Below are positions 49,631-59,091 of a DNA stretch of 64,000 nt, piece by piece. The notes under the pieces are model-generated. The model was not told the DNA's origin. It saw only the letters and a program-made list of their open reading frames with translations, and searched no databases. A program made the translations under genes and the position numbers. Source of the stretch: Bacteroidota bacterium (lineage in GTDB: Bacteria; Bacteroidota; Ignavibacteria; UBA10030; UBA6906); assembly GCA_030835135.1 (NCBI GenBank), contig JAUQWO010000075.1, forward strand, positions 149,330 to 213,329, written 5' to 3'. Position 1 is the stretch's first letter; each line of letters opens with the position of its first letter.

Positions 49631-50413
49631 ATGAAACAGATCCGATCACTGTTCTATTTTCTTGTCCTTGTTGCAGTTGGCGGTGCATACGCCTGGGGTG
49701 CGAGAGCATTCTATGCATCGGCCAATTCCTCCATCCCGTCCCTCGAACGGGCTGTCATGCTCATCCTTCCCTCTCTGGTGATCCTGATCTTTCTCGTCGG
49801 CTGGGCCGAGAGGTTCCTCCTGCGCAATGGTGCCATCATCAGCATCCTGGGCTCGTTGATCCTTGCGATCCACGAGAAATCGCCGATCGGACGGTCGCTG
49901 ACCAATCTGAAATTGTGGTATGCACTCAGCAAGCGCAGCACGGTTCCTGGTGACGCGACACAGGACATCCAGGCTGCCGATTATCCCCCGGGATACCTCG
50001 AGTACACCAAAGGGTTGACGCCCTCAGAGCGGACAGAGTTCCTGTCCAAGAATCCGTTCTCGCAGTGGATGGTCGCCGATGTCGTCAAACGGTACGAGAA
50101 CAATGTGAACGGGTTCGCGTACCTCGGCGCGGGCATCCTGATCTTCCTGATCGGTCTGCGCGGCCTGGGCATCATCGGGCGCGAACACCCGCTGCCCATC
50201 GTGATCTCGCTCGAGATCGAATTCACCATCATCGGCGTGCTCGGTCTCCTGTTGTTCTATAAACCCGAAGACAGCACGAAGATGTCCGTCAGTCTGGACG
50301 GCGCACTGCCGGCCGAAGAGCTGAAGGTGCTCGCGACGGAGATAAAGACCATCCGCGAGGAGATCACGGGGGACCGGACCGTCACCCTGCAGATCAGCCG
50401 GAAGAAGAACTGA
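49631..50413 (+). CDS. Multi-TM membrane protein, putative MotA/TolQ/ExbB-like ion-channel subunit
   Basis: 260 aa. 3 TM, then an ~80-aa loop, then 2 TM, then a charged tail. TM4 IGLRGLGIIG resembles the TolQ/ExbB IGLFGTVWGI motif. TM5 carries acidic/Thr residues (ISLEIEFTIIG). RBS AAGGATGGG. Confidence 0.3.
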   Translation: MKQIRSLFYFLVLVAVGGAYAWGARAFYASANSSIPSLERAVMLILPSLVILIFLVGWAERFLLRNGAIISILGSLILAIHEKSPIGRSLTNLKLWYALSKRSTVPGDATQDIQAADYPPGYLEYTKGLTPSERTEFLSKNPFSQWMVADVVKRYENNVNGFAYLGAGILIFLIGLRGLGIIGREHPLPIVISLEIEFTIIGVLGLLLFYKPEDSTKMSVSLDGALPAEELKVLATEIKTIREEITGDRTVTLQISRKKN

Positions 50414-50422
50414 GGCCCGGCC

Positions 50423-51091
50423 ATGAAGCTCTCCCTCTATTTCATCTTCTATGTCGTGATGATCCTCGAACTGCTCATCTTCATCATGGAGCGGGACGAG
50501 GCGACGGACAAACACCAGGCCGATGTGGTGGAGATGCTGACATTGTCGGACAGTCTTGCGAAGGAATTCAGCAAGGGGCTGACGATCAGTGTTCCGGAGA
50601 CCACAACGGCAGCGGTCTATGCGGGATCGCTCCGGAACGCATTGAGACGTCCCGGCGATAGTGTCCATGTGGTCCTTGTGCCTCTGGGACTCTGGTCCGA
50701 TGCCGAGCGACACGAGGTCGCATTGACGGTGTTCGATTCGACGGGGAAGGTCGTTGCCCGGGACTATCCCGGGATGAAGCGGCCGGACAAGAATGCGGAC
50801 CCGCGATTCCGGTTATCGGTGAACCGGGCGACGGGCGATGCCACCTTCAGCACGGTCTTCGATGCGGAAGGGAGTCATCGCTTCACCGCATGGTGCAGCG
50901 TGAAGCGGACCGTCCCCGGATATTATCCGTCGATGGTCAGGGACAGCGTGACGGTCAAGTTGAGGACGCTCCTCGGGGCAAAGATGGAGGTCGAAACCCC
51001 GAAGGCTGTTCCCTTTACGATCGTGGCAAAGGGGCAGGGTCAGCGTCTGCCGCCATGCGAGTACTGCGGCCAGGGTCCCTACAGACGTTAG
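50423..51091 (+). CDS. Single-pass membrane protein with intramembrane Glu (possible MotB/TolR/ExbD-like partner), periplasmic domain with C-terminal CxxC
   Basis: 222 aa; N-terminal TM LSLYFIFYVVMILELLIFIM with a mid-helix Glu; soluble C-terminal domain ending PPCEYCGQG; 9 bp after the upstream gene. Confidence 0.3.
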   Translation: MKLSLYFIFYVVMILELLIFIMERDEATDKHQADVVEMLTLSDSLAKEFSKGLTISVPETTTAAVYAGSLRNALRRPGDSVHVVLVPLGLWSDAERHEVALTVFDSTGKVVARDYPGMKRPDKNADPRFRLSVNRATGDATFSTVFDAEGSHRFTAWCSVKRTVPGYYPSMVRDSVTVKLRTLLGAKMEVETPKAVPFTIVAKGQGQRLPPCEYCGQGPYRR

Positions 51092-51127
51092 AGTGTTCCG
51101 AATCCAGGTCCATACCAGAGCAGGATC

Positions 51128-52252
51128 ATGAGAGTACCTATCGTTGTCATTGCAGTCATGCTCGTCCTGGCGGGAGTCGCGGGGACTCGCGCGCAGGATG
51201 CGGCGGCCAGACGGCTGAATATCGACTTCCCCGCGCAGAAGCTCGGCGACCGGCACATGCTGGTGGGCGAAGCGCTGATCGAGTCGACCTCGGTGGCGAC
51301 CTGGGTACGCCCCACGGTCTCCGTCGATATCTACGATCCGGCGTTCACCCGCAAACTCGCATCCGGCACGGCGGTGGTCAGCGGTCAGGGATCGCGCCGC
51401 ATCGCGGTGACGTCGATCCGTTTCGACAGCGCCGGGACGTACGCCGTCGTGCGACGGATCGATGGCGTCGGCGCGAACGACGGGCTCCGTCACCGGTACG
51501 GGTTCTACTGGCTGGTGACGGTCCGGTGGCCGGTGATCGCCAGCGAGCCCGATTCCACCTACTACTACGGCGAGAACGCGTTCTTCTCGTTCGCGGCGGG
51601 ACATGCGGATCAGCGCGGCTATGCCTTCAGCGTGCTGAAGGATGGCGAAGCCGCGATCACGGGTGAGGGGGCGGTCGTTCCTATCGAGAAGCTGTGGCGG
51701 GGAAAACTCAGCGGCCTCGGCGATTTCCAGGTCCGTGGTACCTACCACGGCGAGCCGTTCTCGTACGCCGATTCCACCGGACGCAATCCACGTCCCAGCG
51801 TGTGGAACGTCCGTATCGAGGTCCCACCCCAGCGCGAGGTCCTCACGCTCTGGTGGGATTCCACGGAATATGTGAAGAGGCAGGCCGCGGGGGTGCTTCG
51901 CCCACTCGACCTTTCCGGGCAGTCGTCGTTCCTGTCGCCGCTGCAGTTCCGCTTTGCGGCCAGTGGCCCGTTCTATGAAGGGCTGTATCTCATCCCGGCG
52001 CGGGTCAGCAGGGTGGAGATCGTCTCCTCACCGCCGGAATTCCTGCCGGCGGATATTACCCGCGGCTGGCGGACGTATGCGGAATCGCGCGGCCTCTGGC
52101 ACGTGATCGAGATCCGTCCCTCTGAACTGTTCCTGGAACGGACCCCCGCTGATGCACCGGTCGAAGTGACACTCCGGCTCACCATCACGGATGAGTTCGG
52201 ACGCATCACGCGGCGCACATACAAGTCATTGGTGTATTCCTCGCGACAATGA
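51128..52252 (+). CDS. Secreted hypothetical protein
   Basis: 374 aa; cleavable signal peptide (AGTRA-QD); beta-rich composition; AGGA RBS. Confidence 0.5.
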   Translation: MRVPIVVIAVMLVLAGVAGTRAQDAAARRLNIDFPAQKLGDRHMLVGEALIESTSVATWVRPTVSVDIYDPAFTRKLASGTAVVSGQGSRRIAVTSIRFDSAGTYAVVRRIDGVGANDGLRHRYGFYWLVTVRWPVIASEPDSTYYYGENAFFSFAAGHADQRGYAFSVLKDGEAAITGEGAVVPIEKLWRGKLSGLGDFQVRGTYHGEPFSYADSTGRNPRPSVWNVRIEVPPQREVLTLWWDSTEYVKRQAAGVLRPLDLSGQSSFLSPLQFRFAASGPFYEGLYLIPARVSRVEIVSSPPEFLPADITRGWRTYAESRGLWHVIEIRPSELFLERTPADAPVEVTLRLTITDEFGRITRRTYKSLVYSSRQ

Positions 52253-53868
52253 AGGTGAATGCAATGAAGTCCGGAATGAGGGTCTGTGCGGTCCTGTGTG
52301 TCCTGGGGGTGGGCGTCGCCAGGTCCGCAGCAGGTGGGGACGACGATGCCCGTCGCGCGTTGATCCATGAACGCCAGATGTATGCGCTCATCGAAGAGAA
52401 GGTGGAGGCGGATCGTGCGAACACGAATCTGTGGGGTACGTTCGATCTTTCCAGTCGCGATTTTGGCGCACTCAACGGCGATACGCTGGTGGGGCCCGCG
52501 GGCGGACGCATCATGATACGCGGCGACTACTCCGTGGGAGGGAAGACCGGTTCAAAATCCGTGACCTACCGGTACCGGATCCTGTATCTGCCCGACACGG
52601 AGGACATGCCGCTCCAGGTGATCCGGATCAGTGAGTTCGTGACGGAACGGACCACGTCGAGGCTGTCCTTCGAAGGAAGCGAGCGGGATTCGACCGATAC
52701 GATCGAATCGCTTCATGTCCTTGCGCTGGAAGATATCCTTGCGCTCGAACAGGCCGACCGCGGAGCACGGCCGGCGGTCAGGGTGGAACTGGAAAAGATG
52801 ATCCTGAATCTCGAGCGCAAAGGACGGACCGGTCCGTTGCGCAGAAAAGAGAGTGGGATCTTACCGGGGACCCCGGACTATATCCTTGCCGAAAGCAATC
52901 GGGACTACGCGCGGTATGCGCGTGTCAATGACCGGCATCCCTTCGCCGACCTCGACCGCGCGGAACGGCCGATCTCCATCGAAGCCACGTTTTCGAGTCT
53001 GACCGTGAGCCACAAACGGCTGTATGTCGGATCGGAGTCGATCGGTATCCATGGGTTCGGTCTCGAAGCCGGATTCGGCGACCGCGTGCTCAACCACGTG
53101 GCATTCCAATCGCCGGTCCTTACGTGGGGCTTGCGCTTCCTCGTGTTCTTCAATGATGCCCGCGGCTCCCTGATCGATTCCAGCTTCTTCCTCGATATGA
53201 AGATCCTGGGACGCACGCCCGTGAACACGGCCGGGTTCATCGACCGGTGGCGTCTCCACGTCGCCTCACCCGTGATGAGTCTGGACCGGCCGAAGTTGAA
53301 TGTGACATCGGGTGCCACCTTCGAGATCGTCACCGGCTCGCCGTACAACAGGGTACCGTATGTCACCTTCCTGTACTCCGGCGGCGCGAAGGAGTATTCG
53401 TCGCCGTCCATCCGCCGGCCGCGCGGCGACTCGAGCATGGCGTACTTCTCCACCCGTCAATGGGAGGCAAGCCTTGCCTTCCTCTGGAACGCCGACCGGG
53501 CGATGTACAACCGGTTCCGCCTGGACCTCGGCGCAGGGACCTACGATGTCCGGGAGGTCGTCTATACGGCGGCTGGCGGCGTCGCGGTGGATCTGCGCAA
53601 ACGCTCCATGAGTGAGGTCCAGCCTCTGATCCAATTGCAGTATACCCATGTCTCCAACAGAGCACGCTTTGGTGCCCGCGTCCGGTTCTTCGATAACCGG
53701 TTGACGTTCACTCCCTGGTTCAAGGTCTTTGATAGCGGTCCGCATGAGATCCGGCTCGAATCCATCCTCATGCCCAAGCCCGTCGGTCGGTCGATACGGG
53801 ATTGGGAAGTGGAACACGGGAACCTGATCCAGATCCGCTATCGCTACGGCTTTGACAAGAATTTCTGA
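52249..53868 (+). CDS. Putative outer membrane beta-barrel protein
   Basis: 539 aa; signal peptide; alternating hydrophobic beta-strand pattern; C-terminal IRYRYGFDKNF ends in Phe (OMP beta-signal); ATGA overlap with the upstream gene. Confidence 0.5.
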   Translation: MKVNAMKSGMRVCAVLCVLGVGVARSAAGGDDDARRALIHERQMYALIEEKVEADRANTNLWGTFDLSSRDFGALNGDTLVGPAGGRIMIRGDYSVGGKTGSKSVTYRYRILYLPDTEDMPLQVIRISEFVTERTTSRLSFEGSERDSTDTIESLHVLALEDILALEQADRGARPAVRVELEKMILNLERKGRTGPLRRKESGILPGTPDYILAESNRDYARYARVNDRHPFADLDRAERPISIEATFSSLTVSHKRLYVGSESIGIHGFGLEAGFGDRVLNHVAFQSPVLTWGLRFLVFFNDARGSLIDSSFFLDMKILGRTPVNTAGFIDRWRLHVASPVMSLDRPKLNVTSGATFEIVTGSPYNRVPYVTFLYSGGAKEYSSPSIRRPRGDSSMAYFSTRQWEASLAFLWNADRAMYNRFRLDLGAGTYDVREVVYTAAGGVAVDLRKRSMSEVQPLIQLQYTHVSNRARFGARVRFFDNRLTFTPWFKVFDSGPHEIRLESILMPKPVGRSIRDWEVEHGNLIQIRYRYGFDKNF

Positions 53869-53878
53869 GAGGGCTCCT

Positions 53879-55204
53879 ATGAAAGTGCTCCGCATCATTC
53901 CCTGCGTCCTTCTCGTTCTTGCTGCGGTGACCGCTTCGGCGGGTGACCGCGGTGGGAGATTGGATTCGATCTATCACCAGCTGATCAAGCACGACGCATC
54001 CATGTTCCCGCCGGAGACCTGGTCGGTGACCGATGTGCGGGTGATCCGCGAGATCCTGTACCAGGTCAGGAACAGCGAGCAGCTCTCCCATCTGGAGACC
54101 TCCGCGCTTCCCCCGCTGGCTGAACGCGTCGAGGTGATCTGTCACAAGCGTCTCGGCGACAATGAGATCGAGGAACTGCACCTGTGCTATGCCGGTGCGG
54201 CGGGCCGCGATACGCTGGTCCTCCGGGACCCTGTGTTGCTCCGGAACATCCTGGGTGACCAGCTCTACGTCGCGGTGCGGTCGCTCCGCGGGACGGGGGA
54301 GGACCGGTTCGACAGGGATCTCGCGCGCATGACGGACCTGTATCTGAACCCGCTTCGCCCGACACTCCTGCTGTGGTCCACCCAGCCCCGCAGTGCTGCA
54401 ACATACCATGCGCTCTCGGGCTTTGGCCGTCTCGGGAATGATGCATTGAACCTCCCGTTCTGGTTCCGCGGGACGATGATCGGAGGGCTCTCTCTGGCGC
54501 ACATTGACCGGCCCTCGGCGGTGCGCGATCCGGATTTTGCACACTACCGCGTCCGCGTGGGCATTGAGGAACCGATGAACTTCTCGGTCCCGCAGTCGCC
54601 CGGTCAGCAGCGCGAGAACTCGCTCTTCAAAGCGCGCCGGCTGGAAGGGTCGGGGTCGGCGGTCTACCTGAGCGGAAGCTACTCTCCCTGGACCCAGGTG
54701 CCGTTCCTCGGCATCGACACGGCGGGATTCATACGGCTGAATGCCGAACTGAGTGTGGCGATCGAGGATAAGGATGTGTTCTCTGCGAGGCTGCCGGAGA
54801 CCTTCTATTCGATCCGGAACTATGTGTCCCTGATGGCCGAGGTCCGCCGGCTGGGGATCTTCAATATTGGTGCGGGGCTCACGTGGCATGACATCCATCA
54901 TTTTTCGCGTGACCGGTATGACAATCATGCCACCAGGATCGACCCGACGCAGAACAATGTGCTGGCGGCTCTGGAATTCGGGATCGCGGAGGATGGCGGG
55001 GTGCTCCAGTACGATATCAAGACCGGGATCCATTTCAACATCGGCGATGGGTATGGATACCTCATGGTGAAGCCGGTCCTGATGATCAGCAACATTTTCG
55101 GGGTCGAAGTGACCTATTTCAAGGCGATCCGGTCGACGAAGGTGCCGGCGTGGCACTACGATTCGTACCTGTCGTTTGCCCCGGTTCTGCGGATCAACCT
55201 CTAG
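53879..55204 (+). CDS. Secreted/outer-membrane hypothetical protein
   Basis: 441 aa from MKVLRIIP; signal peptide (ASA-GD); beta-strand-like C-terminal region. Confidence 0.5.
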   Translation: MKVLRIIPCVLLVLAAVTASAGDRGGRLDSIYHQLIKHDASMFPPETWSVTDVRVIREILYQVRNSEQLSHLETSALPPLAERVEVICHKRLGDNEIEELHLCYAGAAGRDTLVLRDPVLLRNILGDQLYVAVRSLRGTGEDRFDRDLARMTDLYLNPLRPTLLLWSTQPRSAATYHALSGFGRLGNDALNLPFWFRGTMIGGLSLAHIDRPSAVRDPDFAHYRVRVGIEEPMNFSVPQSPGQQRENSLFKARRLEGSGSAVYLSGSYSPWTQVPFLGIDTAGFIRLNAELSVAIEDKDVFSARLPETFYSIRNYVSLMAEVRRLGIFNIGAGLTWHDIHHFSRDRYDNHATRIDPTQNNVLAALEFGIAEDGGVLQYDIKTGIHFNIGDGYGYLMVKPVLMISNIFGVEVTYFKAIRSTKVPAWHYDSYLSFAPVLRINL

Positions 55205-55285
55205 GCGGGTATTGTTGCTTTTTCCATGTGTTTTGCGTAAATTTCGTCTCTACTGATGATGTCCATTCTTCGCGCAGGAGCAACC

Positions 55286-56467
55286 ATGAATCGGTACCTC
55301 TCGTTTGTTGTGGCGGTTCTCGCCATGCTCTATGTCTCTACCACCGCATTCCAGTGCGGTTCTGCAGAGACCACGAGCGCCAAACTCTATATGCAGCAGA
55401 AGCAGTACGATAAGGCCGAGGCGAGCCTGATCAAGGAAGTGACCAAGAATGAGCGGAATGCGGAGGCGTGGTTCCTCCTCGGGCAGGTCCGCCTGGAAAT
55501 GAAGAAGTATCATGAGATGAACGAGGCCTATACCCGGGCACTGGCCATCGATACGGTCCACAAAGCCGACATCAGCCGCAACCGCCTGGCGGTCTGGGCC
55601 ATGATGTACAACGACGGCGTGAACCTGTACAACAAGGGCCGTGATACCGCAGCGTACTATGATCAGGCATTGCAGAAGTTCTCGACCGCGATCGAGATGC
55701 AGCCCGACAGCTCCAGCACGTACTACGTGCGGGCACTCGGCTACTATGCCAAGCAGGATATGAATGCAGCGGCTGCCGATCTGGCGATGACCCTGAAGCT
55801 GAATCCGGCGTCCGAAGATGCAGCCCGCCTCCTCGGTCAGATCCATTACAACCGGTCCATCGAGCGCCTCCAGGCGAAGGATGAAGCCGCCGCCAACGCC
55901 GAAATGGCCAAGGCCGTCCAGGCCTTCGAAGCCGCCTATGCAGCGAATCCGGGCAGCGCGGACAACATCACGAACCTGATCGACGTGTACGAGCGCACGA
56001 AGGCGTCGGACAAGGCGATGAAGCTGACCCGCACCGCGGTGGAGCAGGACCCGAAGAACAAGGTGTTCCGCTATGCCTACGGTGTGTTCCTCCTGAAGCA
56101 GGAGAAGTACGCCGAAGCGATCGCGCAGTTCGAGAAGGCTGTCGAGCTCGACCCGAACTACATCGATGCGGTGTACAACCTCGGCGTGTCGCACCTGAAC
56201 TGGGGCGTGAGCATGAAGGCCGAAGCCGACAAGAAGCTCGATGAAGAACGCGCCAAGAACAAGGGCAAGAGCAAGGAAGTGAAAGAGGACCTGTCGTACC
56301 GCGAACAGTTCAGGCTCGCCCTGCCGTACCTTGAGAAGGCCGCGATGACGCGCGACGATGATGCCGCGCTCTGGCAGCAGCTCGGAAAGCTCTACCTGAA
56401 CCTGAACATGAAGGACAAGGCCCAGGACGCATTCGCGAAGTTCGACAAGCTCACCAAGGGGAAATAA
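55286..56467 (+). CDS. TPR-repeat protein with signal peptide (possible lipoprotein)
   Basis: 393 aa from MNRYLSF (GGAG RBS); multiple TPR repeats (AEAWFLLGQVRLEMKKYHEMNEAYTRALAID etc.); Cys at the end of the h-region (AFQC). Confidence 0.7.
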   Translation: MNRYLSFVVAVLAMLYVSTTAFQCGSAETTSAKLYMQQKQYDKAEASLIKEVTKNERNAEAWFLLGQVRLEMKKYHEMNEAYTRALAIDTVHKADISRNRLAVWAMMYNDGVNLYNKGRDTAAYYDQALQKFSTAIEMQPDSSSTYYVRALGYYAKQDMNAAAADLAMTLKLNPASEDAARLLGQIHYNRSIERLQAKDEAAANAEMAKAVQAFEAAYAANPGSADNITNLIDVYERTKASDKAMKLTRTAVEQDPKNKVFRYAYGVFLLKQEKYAEAIAQFEKAVELDPNYIDAVYNLGVSHLNWGVSMKAEADKKLDEERAKNKGKSKEVKEDLSYREQFRLALPYLEKAAMTRDDDAALWQQLGKLYLNLNMKDKAQDAFAKFDKLTKGK

Positions 56468-56475
56468 GGCATCCG

Positions 56476-56802
56476 ATGAACGACCCCGCGCAGACCGGTC
56501 AACAGATCAACATCGAACTCGGCGAGAAAGAAGCCGAGGGGATCTATTCGAACCTCGCGATCATCACCCATTCGCCCGCGGAGTTCGTGATCGACTTCAC
56601 CCGCGTTCTGCCCGGGGTTCCCAAAGCCCGGGTTCATGCACGCGTGATCATGACCGCACAGCATGCCAAGCTGCTGCTGCGCGCACTTGAGGACAATATC
56701 AGCAAGTACGAACTCAAGTTCGGCGAGGTCAAGATCCATGGCGAAGGCGGGCCGGGATTGTCGTTCCAACCGATGATGCCTCCCGACGAAAAGGTACACT
56801 GA
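56476..56802 (+). CDS. DUF3467 family protein
   Basis: 108 aa; IYSNLAIITHSPAEFVIDF motif typical of DUF3467; last gene before a strong terminator. Confidence 0.6.
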   Translation: MNDPAQTGQQINIELGEKEAEGIYSNLAIITHSPAEFVIDFTRVLPGVPKARVHARVIMTAQHAKLLLRALEDNISKYELKFGEVKIHGEGGPGLSFQPMMPPDEKVH

Positions 56803-56811
56803 TCGGTGACA

Positions 56812-56850
56812 GGGGCCCCGCCGCACGCGGGGCCCCGCTGTCTTTTGTAG
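56812..56850 (+). terminator. Strong rho-independent terminator ending the 7-gene operon
   Basis: Perfect 10-bp GC stem GGGGCCCCGC / GCGGGGCCCC with 5-nt loop, followed by GCTGTCTTTTGTAG; a second T-run (CTCTTTTTTCC) follows. Confidence 0.8.
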
Positions 56851-56925
56851 AATCGCCTGCTCTTTTTTCCCTCCCGGCCATCCCGGCCAAAGTTGTAGTT
56901 CCCGTCGTGCCCTGCTAATCGCAAT

Positions 56926-56955
56926 TATCACAACGAGTTACGCGTGCCTGTGATA
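56926..56955 (+). promoter_or_regulatory. Inverted repeat TATCACA-N16-TGTGATA upstream of the sigma-54 promoter (candidate enhancer/regulator site)
   Basis: Perfect 7-bp arms at 56926-56932 and 56949-56955, ~25-50 bp upstream of the -24 element. Confidence 0.3.
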
Positions 56956-56977
56956 CCTGGCACGTATGTCTCCTCCG

Positions 56978-56993
56978 TGGCACCTGCTTTGCA
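56978..56993 (+). promoter_or_regulatory. Sigma-54 (RpoN) -24/-12 promoter TGGCAC-N5-TTGCA
   Basis: Exact consensus TGGCACctgctTTGCA; GG at 56979-80, GC at 56991-92; 55 bp upstream of the ATG at 57049. A second TGGCAC half-site lies at 56958. Confidence 0.65.
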
Positions 56994-57048
56994 CCTCACC
57001 CTCCGGTAACAGTGAACCGAACGGACAGTCGGAGGCAGGGCACCACAC

Positions 57049-59091
57049 ATGAACCACTCAACCACCCTCGTACACCTGGCGCGCATCACCGCCATCGGTC
57101 TTGCACTTGGAGCATTCCAGTGCATCAACAAACCGATGGATCCTGTGATGCCCAACTGGGACGTCGACCTTGCAGCACCGGTCGCGAACAGAACGTATAC
57201 ACTCGGCGAACTCGTGGAGAAGGACACCACAATTCTCAGCGTGAGCCCGGGCGGTACCCAATTGATGCTGAAGACCTCGGTGAAGTCCGATCCGACGCTC
57301 GTCGGCGATCGCATCTCCCTCGACGGATTCAATACGTCCTTCTCGTCGACCCTCGGCGCGTTCGCTGTCGAGGGCGGGCAGATGCGTCTCAATGTCAGCA
57401 TCCCGGGTTTCGCGTCCGGCCAGCAAACGATCATTCCGCCGATCCCGGCGACCGATATCCCGTCAGTATCCGGTGACCTCCCGTTCATCGAAAGCGTCCT
57501 CCTGGAGAGTGGCAATGTCTCGGTGCGGATCCAGAACCGCATGCCGGTGGCGATGCGCATCGAAAGCCCGATCGTCGCGCGCAACGAGGGTGGCGCCGCG
57601 ATCGCAACCTTCGACTTCGGCACATCGCTGATCGCATCAGGCGACAGCCGCACGGCGACGGCGAGCGTGGCAGGGAAGACCGTCCTGAAGAAGATCCAGC
57701 TGGAAAGCATCAGGATCTCCAGCCCGGGGAGCGGCCTCTCGGTCGTGACGATCCCGGATACGATGCTCCTCGCGGAGATCACGCCGGCATCGCTGGTGGC
57801 GACCGCCGCAACCGTGACGAACCTGTCGGCCCAGCACCTGTCCGCGACGCAGGATGTACCCCTGACCGGCGAATCGCTCGTCCGCGATGTGTGGATCAAC
57901 CGCGGCACACTCAGCATGCGCTTCGTGAGCAGTCTCGACATGCAGACCTCGTTACGCCTGCACCTGCCGGAACTGCTGCGCCCGAACGGCTCGGCGTTCG
58001 ACCAGGTACTGAACATCGCCCCCCGCGACTCGGCGCTGCTGACCATCGACCTTGGGCGGTACCGGCTGCACTCACAGACCGGCGGGTTCCTCCGCTCCCT
58101 GCGTGCTGAGTGCACGGCCGATGTCGCCCCGGCGGCCGGAACCTCTGTCACGGTGCGGTCCACCGATCAGATCTCGGCGCGCATCACCAGTACCCAGGTC
58201 GTGGCCGATAGCGCCGTGGCCGCGATCCAGCCCACGGTCATTGCGATCGACGAAACGATCGGTCTCAACCTCGGTGAGATCAGCAGGAAGTTCAGCGGCA
58301 GGATCAATATCCCCGCGGCGCAAATGGTCTTCACGCCGCGCACGTCCATTGCTGTGCCCATGGCGCTCAATCTCCGGTTCGAGGCCCGCGACACCAAGGG
58401 CGCCGTCTCTTCCCTGGATGTCCCGGTCACGAAGGGCGCCCTGGGGGCCACCCCGATCGCCTTCGCGGCGGGGGATGTCGGGGCATTCATGAGCTCCCTG
58501 ACCGGCACGCTCCCCGATTCGCTGCGCGTGGTCGGCAGCATCGTGATCAATCCTGACTATGACACCACGGTGGCCACGAGCATCGGACGCAACTGTTCGT
58601 TCGCTGCCGACGTGGACCTGGCCGTGCCGATGAGCCTGAGTCTCAGTGGCGGCGCGTTCTCCGACACGCTGGTGCTGGGGGACACGACGGGTGACGGCAA
58701 TGCGGACAAGCGGATCGACGAGAAGACGCTGGCCGACATGAATTCCGGACAGCTCCATGTGGAGATCGACAACGGCACGCCGCTGGCCCTGAAGGTGAAG
58801 TTCGGACTCATGGACCGCCTGCGGAAGACCCTGCTCCTCGTGCCGCAGACGGAAGGCGACTCGATCGCGATCAATGGTGGCGTGGTGATGAACGGCGATG
58901 TGTACGCGTCGAGCCGGTCCACGTTCACGATCAACCTGTCGAACATCGATATCCGTCAGTTCAACGTGGCGGACCTGGTCAAGGTGGACCTTGCCCTGGC
59001 GACCTCCGGCACGGGTGCCGTGAACTTCAGGACCACAGACAAAGTGCATGTCCGGGTGTGGACACAATTCTCCTACAGGGTGAACCCATGA
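57049..59091 (+). CDS. Large secreted hypothetical protein (possible lipoprotein)
   Basis: 680 aa; signal peptide ending LALGAFQC; beta-rich, repetitive Ig-like composition; GGAGG RBS. Confidence 0.5.
   Translation: MNHSTTLVHLARITAIGLALGAFQCINKPMDPVMPNWDVDLAAPVANRTYTLGELVEKDTTILSVSPGGTQLMLKTSVKSDPTLVGDRISLDGFNTSFSSTLGAFAVEGGQMRLNVSIPGFASGQQTIIPPIPATDIPSVSGDLPFIESVLLESGNVSVRIQNRMPVAMRIESPIVARNEGGAAIATFDFGTSLIASGDSRTATASVAGKTVLKKIQLESIRISSPGSGLSVVTIPDTMLLAEITPASLVATAATVTNLSAQHLSATQDVPLTGESLVRDVWINRGTLSMRFVSSLDMQTSLRLHLPELLRPNGSAFDQVLNIAPRDSALLTIDLGRYRLHSQTGGFLRSLRAECTADVAPAAGTSVTVRSTDQISARITSTQVVADSAVAAIQPTVIAIDETIGLNLGEISRKFSGRINIPAAQMVFTPRTSIAVPMALNLRFEARDTKGAVSSLDVPVTKGALGATPIAFAAGDVGAFMSSLTGTLPDSLRVVGSIVINPDYDTTVATSIGRNCSFAADVDLAVPMSLSLSGGAFSDTLVLGDTTGDGNADKRIDEKTLADMNSGQLHVEIDNGTPLALKVKFGLMDRLRKTLLLVPQTEGDSIAINGGVVMNGDVYASSRSTFTINLSNIDIRQFNVADLVKVDLALATSGTGAVNFRTTDKVHVRVWTQFSYRVNP

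Noticed and set aside
49631-51091. Assignment of the first two operon genes as GldL/GldM (PorL/PorM) gliding/T9SS motor proteins
   Set aside because: Sizes and topologies do not fit (GldL has 2 N-terminal TMs; GldM is ~515 aa; here 5 TM/260 aa and 222 aa), and no GldK/GldN homologs are adjacent. Only generic stator-like features are claimed.
2325-55180. Additional sigma-54 promoter candidates (TGGCAC occurrences at about 2325, 20225, 52098, 55158; TGGCAT at 36791)
   Set aside because: None has the TTGC(A) element at the required 5-nt spacing. Only 56978-56993 matches the full -24/-12 consensus.
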